Below are positions 8,101-20,100 of a DNA stretch of 37,181 nucleotides, one piece after another (position 1 is the first letter of the stretch; each line of letters begins with the position of its first letter). The notes below the pieces were generated by a model that saw only the letters and a list, made by a program, of their open reading frames with translations, was not told where the DNA came from and did no database searches. Made by a program: the position numbers and the translations under genes. The stretch is from a virus (Duplodnaviria; Caudoviricetes). The stretch lies in the IMG/VR virus record IMGVR_UViG_3300020269_000019, positions 1 to 37,181 of that record, one strand, 5' to 3'.

Positions 8101-11100
8101 GTAGTTGGTGCAGGAGAGAGTCTTAATGAAGATTACTTCTATACAAATAATAGATTTTTTGATTTTACTGATCAAGGAACTGGAAAACACAAATTAACAT
8201 ATACACCAATTATAGTAAGTGTTGATGGTCCTATTGGAGTACAAACATTTGCTGGACAAGACTTTAGAGCAAAAGTAAGACCATTATTTACAGGTTCTAT
8301 TGAATCTGTATCTTTAAGTCAGAAGGGAACTGGATATGGTGATAATGAAATTATGAATTATAACCGTCAACCAGTAATTACTCTGATTAACGGTATAAAT
8401 GCACAATTAAGTCCTCTTGTATCATCTACTGGTGAGATTATTGACGTTATTATTAATAATCGTGGTGAAGGTTATAATTCTGTACCATCTATAGAAATTA
8501 CTGGTGATGGTGCAGGTGCAATTATAACTCCTGTTGTTGAAAATGGAAAAATTGTTGAAATTAAGATTATTAATTCTGGTTTTGGTTATAAAAATACTAA
8601 TACTTTTATAAAAGTCATTCCAACTGGTAGTGGTGCTAAATTTGATGCTAAAATTAAGACTTGGAATGTTAATTTAGTTCAAAGACTACTTTTATCAGGT
8701 GAAATTGCTGCAGATGATGGTGTTCTTGCTCTTGGATTAGCATCAAACAAAGAAATTGAATATTGTCATGCATTTTCTCCTAGAGAATTAAGAAGAAAAC
8801 TTCTTTCAACTTCAGTTGATGTAGATGGTTCTGTTCTTTATAGAGCAGACATTTATAATGAGACTAATACTACAAAATATCACTCACCTATTGTTGGTTG
8901 GGCATATGATGGTTATCCAATCTATGGTCCTTATGGATATGCTAATAGAGAGGGTGGACAGGTAAGAAGACTTAATACTGGTTATGAATTAAGGGTTGAT
9001 GTATCTGGAATTAGACCTCCTTCATATGCATCTGGAACTTTTGTAGAAGATTATACATTTGTTGGTGGTGGAGACTTAGATGAGCACAATGGACGCTTCT
9101 GTAAGACTCCTGAATTTCCTAATGGTACATATGCATACTTTTTAACGATTGACTCCACTCAGGAGGTTGCAGGACCATTTGCGGGGTATTTAAAACCAGT
9201 ATTCCCTTATGTTATTGGAAAGACTTATAAGGGCAAATCAAACCGTTATAACTTTAGTCAATTCTCTAGTTTAGATTTTGTTGATATTAATGATAGTGGT
9301 TGGGTTAGATATACCAGTGACTATGCTATTAGAGGTAAGAATTCTAGATATAAAGGGTTTATTCAACCTAACGTATTCAGTGAAGGATTTACTGAAGTAG
9401 TTTCTACAAAACCAGGTTCAGTTGAAACTGTTAATATAATTGCTCCAGGTGATGGATATGCTATAGGTGATAATATATTCTTTAATAATGATAATACAGG
9501 TGGTTCTGGTGTTTATGCACGAATATCTGAACTAGAAGGTAAGAGTGTTGATACAATATCTGTTAATGTTGAAGAACAAGAAGGTATTCAATTCTCTCCA
9601 ATTTTAGGTAAGGGTAGATTTGTTGGATTTGGTTCAACTGCTCATAATTATTCTGTTGGAGATCTTGTAAATATCCAAAATCTTAATATTTTAGCAACAG
9701 AATTTAGTAAGAGTTATACTGTTGGTGTTACTACAAATATATTAACCTTATCAACGGATCTTGCTGAAGCAAGTGCTACAGGAATTACTACTTACATTGA
9801 TGTTGTTGGTACTTTAACATTCCCAACAATAGCAATAGATGATGTATATGAATCTAATAATGAACAGTTTAAAGTACTCAATATTGATACAAAAAACTCT
9901 AGAATTAGAGTTAAGAGAAATGTTGATGGTTCTTCACTTAATCAACCACATTTAGCAGGTGATTTATTATCTGAAAAACCAAGAAAGTTTACTATTAATA
10001 CTGGTTATACTACAACAACACAATATAAACTAGATAGAGTTCTTTATTTTAATCCAGAAGATTCACTTGGTCTTATAAGTGAGAACTTAGTCCTTTATTC
10101 AGATGCTGTATCTCCTTCTCTTACTGGAAGTACTTGGGCAAAATCTACAGCAGGTAATGGTATAGGAACAGTAACATTCTATCATTCTAAGACTCCAGAT
10201 GGTAACATTGCTGCTGCTAAGGTTGGAATTGCCACAACAACTTCTGCTACTGATACCGTTGTACTTCAAAATGGTTTATTCACACTTTCAGGTAATGTTC
10301 ATACATTCTCTGCATTCTTAAAGGGTGAAGAAGGTGGAGAAGAAGTATGGATGATACTTCAAGATACTGCTGTAAATGTTTATTACCATCAAAAGGTAAC
10401 TCTTACTAGAGAGTGGAAGAGATTCAAACTTACAACCCTTACTAACGCTAACCCTCATAGAGTACAGTTTGGTGCTAATGGTGTTGCTGTAGGGTCAGGA
10501 ACTACTATTAGAGCAACTTTAAATGCTAGACCTACCTTCTATGTTGCTGGTGTACAGGTAGAGCAAAGTGAGTTTATGACTCCTTATGTTGCAACTTATG
10601 ATACTCAGGTTTTAAAATCTGCTAAAAAAGTAGGTAAAACTTATTATCAAACTCCAGGTGCTGATAGTGCTAGTTTTAGTCCAATTAAAGATAGAATTCA
10701 TATTCCTGGACATGGTTTATTAACTGGTGAAAAAGTAATTTATAATGTTGGTGCAGGTGGTAGTGGTCCTCAAGTCAGTGTAGGATCTACAAACTATTGG
10801 TTAACCGACAATACAGAATTATATGTTGCAAGAATTAATGAGGACTTTATTGGTATATCAACTAATCAAGTTGGTGTAGGTACTACTGGAACTTTTGTTG
10901 GTGTAGGTACTGATGATATTGGTCTTTTAAGTATTACTAGTTTTGGTGCTGGAGGAGAACACTCATTCAAGACAACTTATAATGATACTATAACTGGTGA
11001 TATTATTAAGAAAACTGCAACAGTAGAAACTGAAGCACTTCATGGATTGAGTGATGGAGATAAAATTAATATTAAAGTCAAATCTGGCATAACAACAACA

Positions 11101-14100
11101 TTTGTTGTTAAGTATGATGATGGTAATAGGAGACTATTAATAAATCCTGTTGGTTTTGCTGCTACTCAGGTTAATGCTACAAATAATAGCTTTACCATGT
11201 ATGGTCATGGATTTAAGCAAGGTCAGAAGGTTCTTCATAACTCTGATTCTCCTACTGGTGGATTAGAAGATTCTAGAATGTATTATGTTATTGTTATTGA
11301 TGAAGATACTATTAAACTATCGGATTACTTCTATGAAGAGTTAAGTTCTTCTGATGATATTTCAATTGTTGGAATATCTACTGCATCTTATGGTAGATTT
11401 AGTCCAATTAATCCAGAAATTCAAGCATATAGAAATAATACTGTTGTATTTGATATATCAGATAGTTCTTTAGCAAATAGTGGATTCCCCGCATTTGAAT
11501 TTAATCTTTATACTGACGATACCTTTACTAATCCATTCTATACAGTACAAGAGAATGTTGGGATTAGTACTTTAATACTTGATTTCCAAGTTACTAGAAG
11601 TGGTATTATCGGTCAACAAAATGCTAATTTAACTTTAATTATTGATGATAAAACACCTTCTAGTTTATATTATGGTGTTAAACCTCTTAGAAATGCTGGT
11701 GCATCTGCATCTAAGGTAGAAGCATTTAGTGATAGTTTTAATATTCTCAATCCAAATAGATTGACACTTGTCGATAGTAAGTATGATGGTTCTAAAACTA
11801 TTACTGGGGTAACTACTAATACCTTCAATTATACAATACTTGAGACTCCTGAAAGAAGCAATTATAGTACATCTGATGGTGAAGCAACAATTGAATATAC
11901 AACCGAATCAGTAAGTGCTCGTGGACCTGTTGGTAAAATATCTTTAGATTCTACAGGAAGAGGATATAAGAAATTACCATATCTTGATAGGGTTGTTAGT
12001 GTTGCAGGAACTGGAGCATTATTCCTTCCAAGAAGTACTAGTATCGGTCAATTAAGTGAAGTTGTTTTAACTGATATTGGATTTGATTATCCACCAGATA
12101 CTACTTTAAGACCTGCAGCAGCATTACCTGCAACTTATAAGATTGAACCTTTATCTAAATTCCGACTCGTTAGGATTAAAGATCCAGGAATAAACTATTT
12201 TGTTCCACCAGATATTGTTGTTGTTGACGGATTTACTGGTCGTATTAATGATGAAGCGTTCTTAAGATATAATGTTGGTGATACTGAAGTAGAAGTTGTT
12301 AGAAATACAACTGGTTTGTATAATGTCACACCAATTCTAATGCCAACTAATAATCCAAATGGCACAAGAATTGATAATTTAACCTATAATAATATCACTG
12401 GCGATGTTCAAGTTGCATTTGCTGTAACATTCTCTACTGCAGAAGCCTTCCCATTCAAAGTTGGTGAAGAGGTAATTGTTGAGAATACTAATGTTCAATC
12501 AGCATTCCCTGGTAGAGGATATAATTCATCTGCTTATGAATTTAAGTTATTTACTTTAACTGCAGCAGATGCAAATATTGGAGGAGACTTCCCAACTATT
12601 ACTTACAACATTAAAGATATGTTGTTACCTGGAGAAGATCCTGGTCAATTTGATAATTTTGAATCATTTGGAACAGTAACACCTAAAGCATATTTCCCAA
12701 TATTTGAAGTATTTCTTGAAAAAGATTCTTTTGCAAAAGGTGAGGTTATAACTGCTCAAGATAATAATACTGGTGTAGTTCAAGAGTATGATTCTAAAAA
12801 TGAGTTCCTTAAAGTAAGATCTGCTGATCAATTTACTGAGGGTGATGTAATTATTGGTCAATCTTCACAAAACCAAGGTTTAATATCCTCTGTTGATGGT
12901 ATTAGTGGTCAATATAAGATTAGTTCTAATAGTATAACCAAAAAAGGATGGCAAAAGGACACTGGTAAGTTAAATCGTTTCTTCCAGAGAATGCATGATA
13001 ATGACTATTATCAGTATTTCTCATATTCAGTAAGATCACCAATATCCTTAGAAAAATGGGATCATTTAGTCAGTAATTTGAACCATACATCTGGATATAA
13101 AAAGTTTGCTGAATTATTGGCAGATTCTTATGATCCAGCAATAGTTGGAATGGGAACTGGTCAAGATCTTAACGCATTTATTGCAGTATCTGACTTAACA
13201 AGTGTTGTTGACCTTAATACTGTTCAGGATTTTGATACTGCAAGAGAAAAATCAATTATAGTAAACAATAAACTTGTATCTAATGAGATCTTGTTTGGAT
13301 TACCATTCTTAGCAAAATATCAAGAATTTATTGGTAACAGAGTTCTACCTATTGATGATTTTAGTGATGATTTTGATGGTGAACAGAGATCTTTCGGATT
13401 GTTCTGTCAAACACAACCAATATTTGATATTACGTTTGATGGTAGCGATTCTTCTATTGTAAATGTTAGTGAAGAGTCATTTAATCTAGGTAATCATTAT
13501 TTTGTAACTGGTGAAGAAATTGATTATATTCCACCTGGAAATGACTTCTCAAAGGCAATTGATATTGATCCTACAGACTTTGGACCAGGAATTGGAACAA
13601 CTACAAAACTTCCAGGATCATTCCATGTAATTAAACTTGATAATCAGAAGATTCAAGTTGCAGTATCTGCTACAGATTCTCTTAGATTCAATCCTGTAGT
13701 TGTTGGATTAAACAGTGTTGGTATTGGTACTACTCATAGATTTAGAGGAAGAAGTCCAAATAATAGATTACTCATAACAGTAAATGGTACAATTCAATCT
13801 CCAATTGTATCTACTGCAGTTACAACTGCTGTAGGGTCTATTGCAGTTGGTGTTGGTTCTACAGAAGTCAATGTAAGTGGTATTACATCAATCTTTAGTG
13901 GTGATCTAGTCAAGATAGATGATGAGATAATGCTTGTTGCTGGTATTGATAAACCAAATGGTTTAATGTCTGTTAAACGGGCATGGATGGGTACTTTAGC
14001 AGCAACTCATGCTGGATTCTCAACTATTACTAAGTTTACTGGTAACTATAACGTTGTTGATAATGATCTCCACTTTAGTGAAGCATTATGGGGTGATATT

Positions 14101-17100
14101 CCAGTTGGAATGGGAACAACTGGTACAAGCAATAATATTGACTATACAGGACTTACAACTAGCAGTAGATTTAGTGGTCGAGTATTCTTAAGATCTTCAA
14201 TTAACGAAGCATTTACTACTAGTTTTGTTAAGGCATATGATAATAATGTTGTATTTGATGATTTATCAACACAATTCAATGGTATTACAACATCATTTAT
14301 TTTACAGAATAAGGGACAAGATATTGATACAATTACTGCTGGTAATGCAATTATATTGATAAATGACATATTCCAAGGTCCACAAAGACTTGGTAACCAA
14401 ATTACAACTATTGATGGTAATTATAAGATTGAACAACATAATGGTGATACACAGACTCTTCTAGGGTTTAATGGTAAGGTATCTGATTATAGTAAGAATA
14501 AAGATATTAATGTTAATGATGTTCCAAGAGGTGGAATTATCGTTAGTGTTGGATCAACTGATGGTTATGGATTCCAACCACTAGTTGCTGCAGGTGGTAC
14601 TGCTGTAGTCTCTAGTGCAGGTACTATTACTGCTATTGGTATTGGTTTAACTGGATCTGGATATAGATCTGGATTGCAAACTGTTGGTGTTGCTATTCAA
14701 ACCAGAAGTGTAGGAATAGCAAGTTATACTTATGTTGGTACTGCCACTGTAACTGATGGTCATGTTACTGATGTAACTGTTGATAAGGTTGCAAGATTCT
14801 ATAAACCAAGGAATATCATTAATGTTGGTTATAGTTCAATTACAGGTATAACAACTGTACAAACTACTCAAAGACATGGTTTAAGTCTTGGTGAAGAAAT
14901 TACTATTGTTGGTGCAGCATTTACTTGTGATTACTATCCACCAATTAATATTACTAACGCAATTTACAATAATACCACTGGTATTATGACTGTAACAACA
15001 GGAATTACTTCTGTTAACGTTAGCGACTTTGTTTATACACATACTACTGGTATTGGAACTATTACGACTGCAACTCCTCATGGAATTGTAAAGCAGACTG
15101 CTATTGGTAGAACATTTGCTTTAGCGGGTATTGCAATGACCTGTGTTGGTTATGGTCAAACATTTGCTGTACATAGTGCTCAATATGATCATACAACAGG
15201 TATTGCTACAATCTTTACTGTTGGTAATCATGGTTTAACTGCTACTGATGATGTTAAATTAAGAGAATTAAACTTTGTTTGTCCTGTTTTAGGTGCTGAG
15301 GGATATGGTCAGCAATTTGGTATTAATGGATTTACATACGACAATATAACTGGTTTATGTACTGTAACTACTGCAACATCTATTAGTGGTGTTATTGGAG
15401 TTGGTAGTGAAGTTAGATTAGATAATATTGGTGTCAACTGTACTTATGGTAACTCAGTGTATCCAGATGGTACTCAGGGTTATACCTTCAAGGTGCTTAC
15501 ACAACCAGCATCAAATCAGTTTACCTTTAATGCTGGTGTTTCAACTCTTCCACACACCTATGTGTCTGGTGGTACAGTTACTTCTGGTATTACTACATCA
15601 GTCTTCCCAGATGGATCTCAAGGGTATTCATTTAGGACAATTGGTGTAGCAGCAACTTCATTCACTACTAATGTTGGTGTATCAAGTATTAGACATACAT
15701 GGAATAATGGTGGTGTAGTTCAAGTTGGTATTACAACAGATATCTTCCCAGGAGATGCTCAGAATTCTCCAACAGGAGATACATTTGAACTTATATCTGC
15801 ACCAAATGCAAATACCTTAGTCTTTAATGCAGGAATATCTACTATTCCAACAACTTATGTAAGTGGTGGTAGTGTATTATTGGGTCATAAACTTAAAGTT
15901 GGTACTGATATTGCATTAACAGGTCTAGGAATGACTTGTGGTATGAGTACTGAAGTTCATACTTATCCACGTAATAGAGATACTATTACAGATACATCTG
16001 TTGCAATTATTGCAGATGGAACAGAGCATACAGTAAGTAATGCAGCATATAACCCAACAACGGGTATTATGACTCTTACTATTAATGGTCATGGATTCCA
16101 TAATGGAGATAAGATTAGAATTGCAGAAAAATCATTAACATTTACATGTGATAAAGATAATAATCTTACAACACACTCTTACCCAAGAAAGAATGATCCA
16201 ATTTATGGTCAGTGGGTAGGAATTGCTAATACAACTGTTAATACCTTTAAAGTTCAAGTATTGGAGTCTCTTCCATCTACTTACACAGGTGCTCATACAT
16301 TTGTATCATCAACTCCTAATGGTGTTACTCATAACAATGGTATTATTACTTTAGATGTTGGTCCTTCTGGTCCTAAGCATCAGTTTACCCATACATTTGA
16401 TGGTACAGACACCTTTACACCTACTGCAGCAGCATATAATCCTAATACAGGTGTAATGACACTTACTGTTGCTAATCATCCATTCCAATTAGGTGATTAT
16501 GTTGGAATTGCTCAAAGTGCATTAACATTTACCTGTACTGCTGGTAGTGGTAATCATGCTTATCCAAGAGCAACTGATCCAATCTATGATAAGTGGATTC
16601 CTGTATCTAACATTACTACTGACACTTTTGATGTTCAGGTTTTAGATACTATTCCTTCTACAAACGTTGGTGTTCATACCTTTGTATCTGCTACAACTGG
16701 AGGATTAAGTAGATCTGTTGTTCATAGTGGTGGTACTTATAATCATCTATTCATTAGTGCTGAAGCAGACTCTATTAGTGTTGGTGGAGGAAATACCAAG
16801 TACACTCCAACTAATGTAGAGTATACTGCTTCTAATGGATCTCTAGTATTAACAATTCCAGGTCATAACTTAACTGGTGCTGCCTCAACAACTGTAACAG
16901 GTGCAGAATATGATGGTAATGTTGGTATTATGACAGTTACTGTTGCAGGTGGTCATAATATGACTACAGGTGACTGGGTTAAGTTTGATGATGCATCATT
17001 AACCTTCAAATGTGATTTAGATAGTTATGCTACAGAACACAAATATCCAAGAGCAGCAGATCCTGCAGGAACTAATTGGTTACAGGTAGCGGTAACTGGT

Positions 17101-20100
17101 TCTACAACATTTGAAGTTAATGTTTTAGAATCTATTCCTTCTACTAATACAAGTATTCATACTTGGCATGGTGCTACAACTAATGGTCTTAAGATAGCAC
17201 AAAATACAATTGGGATTGCAACTGAATCTATCAAGTTGTCTTGTGATATGGATCAACATGGTAGTGAGCATGCTTATCCACGTAGAACTGATCCAATTTA
17301 CAGAAAAAATATTGGTGTTGCATCAACAACTGCTGATACTATTACTGTTGATGTTGGTATATCAACAATTGTTCCATATGGTGTATCTGCTGCAACTTAT
17401 GATCCAGCAACAGGTAATTTGGCATTGAATATAGGTTCACATAGTTTAAGTAAAGGAACTACCATTAAAGTTGCTACAAACTCATTAGTATTCACATGTT
17501 CTCAAGATAGTAATGCTACTAAGCATCGTTATCCAAGAGCAGGTGATCCAACTTATGCTGGAACTAAGATAACAAGGATTAATTCTAATACAGAATTTGA
17601 AATAAATGTTGGTGTTGCTAATGTTCCAACATTCTATAAATCTGGTGGTTATATTGAAGAAATTATTCTTGCACCTAGAGCAGTTAATAATATGCCATCC
17701 AGTCAAGATGTTGCATTTGATGGAACTGCAGTAACTAATATTATTGATGAGTATACATTTGAGTGTGATTCTGGATCATCTCCATATCCTCATTTCTATA
17801 AGAGATCTGGTGAAGTTACTCAAGATGTAGGTGTAAGATTTGATGCTCCATTAAGTTATGAAAATATTCCTTTAATATATTCAGATGATTCTAAAGCAGG
17901 TTTAGGAACAGGTGCAACTGTTGATATTGAAGTTAGCAATGTAACTGGTGTAGCAGACTTTGAATTAAGAAATTATGGATATGCTTATGGAACAAGTGAT
18001 ATTTTAACTGTTGGTATTGGTGGTACTGTTGGTATTCCAACCTTTAAGACTAAGACTCATAATTCTGTTACTCCTGTTGTTGCTGGTGGTAGATATCCAC
18101 ATACATTTGTTGGTGCTGCGAATAGTGCTGTTATAAGTGGTGGTGCATATGATCATACATTTGTAACTGCAACTTCTAATGCTGTTAAGGTAACAGGTGC
18201 TGCTGCCTTTACTCCAACAGATGCAACTTATAATGCAAATACTGGTGATATGGTTCTAACAATTGCTGGTCATCCATATACAACCAGTCAAACCGTTGGT
18301 ATTGATACTGGTGGAATTATATTTAATTGTATGATGGACGGTCAAGCAACTCAACATGCTTATCCAAGACCTGGTGATCCTATTCTCGGTTATGGTGTAA
18401 CTGCAATTACTGCAAAAGATACCAATACAATTACTATTAATGTTGGTACATCTGCTACTGTTGGTCATTCTGTTAATGATGCAACATATAATCCTGAAAC
18501 AGGTGAAATGGTACTTACTATCCCTGATCATGGATTAAAGGGTTCTGAGGACTATACAGTGACTCATGCATTGTATAATGCTAGTACTGGTGGTATGACA
18601 TTAACATTATCAGGTATTACGACATTAAATGCACTTCAGACTGGTGATAGGATTAAATTTGTAGATAATTCAATTAGCTTTACTTGTGCAATGGATGGTA
18701 ATTCAACTATTCATTCTTATCCAAGAGCAACTGATCCTAGTAGCAATAAGTGGTTACCAGTTGTTGGTGTAGTAACAAGTAATATTGAGGTTATGGTTGG
18801 TGCATCTGGTACTGTTTATTATACCCCTGTTGGTGCTGAGTATAATTCAACCACTGGATACATGACTCTTGCGATTGGAGAACATGATCTTACAGGACCA
18901 AGTAACTATACTGTAACTAACGCCATATATGACCCAATGGCTGGTATAATGACATGTACTGTTCCTTCACATGGATTCTCTAATGGTGACAGAGTTAAGT
19001 TTGAAGATGGATCAATATCATTCAGTTGCAATTACGGTAGTGGTGGTACAAAGTCTTATCCTCGTTCTGCTTCTATTGGTTCTACAATTACAGACCCAAT
19101 CTCTGGAAAATTCATTGTTATCTCTGGTGTTACTGATGATACCTTCAATGTTGGCGTTGGTACTGCTACTTTAGGTATAAACAATCCTCATACCTTCGTC
19201 TCTGCCTATCAGAACGGTCTACAGAAGGCAGGAGAACCTGTTGTGATTGCACCTAATAGTATTAACTTCCAGTGCTCTCAGGACAATTACGCAACTACTC
19301 ATCAATATCCTCGTCCTGGAACTGATCCTATTGCTGGTGTAGGTACTCCTATTACTGGCGTGGGTGACACTACAATTACACTTTTTGTTGGTATTGGAAC
19401 TGATTCTGACCATAGATTTGTTGCTGGACTCAGTAGTGCAACTAATGCTGTTAGAGCAGGTGGTAATTATGCACATACATTCTCTTCCGCAATAACTAAT
19501 GGAATTCAGAAAGCAGGTGAGTCTATTCGTTTAACTGAAGATGCTCTTACATTTAAATGTGAGATGGATGATTATAAGACTGAACATACTTATCCACGTT
19601 CTACTAAGAATAAGCATAGATTTGTAAGGACTACTGCAGGATCTATTGTACCTAATGTAGGAACAGCACTTACACCAACTACTGCGGATTATGATGGAAA
19701 TACTGGTAATTTAATATTAACATTCCCAGAGCATAATTTAACAGCAGGTTCTAACACTGTTGGAATTATAACAGGTGGTATAACATTTACTTGTGAGTTG
19801 GATGATCATCGTACAGAGCATGCATATCCAAGAACAACTGATTTTGCACATAATGCAACGATAGGTATTGCTGCAACTACTTTAACAACCATTACAATTA
19901 ATGTTGGTAAGTCAGGTATTACTACTAGTGATCCAATGTATAATAATGCAGTGTCTGTGGGAGCAACAACTGCTAATACAATTACATTGAATATTGGTAA
20001 AGCACCTGTAGAAAAGAGATTTAAAGTTGAAAATGCAACTTATGATGGATTTACTGGATGGATGACATTAACTGTGGGTCAACATAGTTTGCATACTGGA

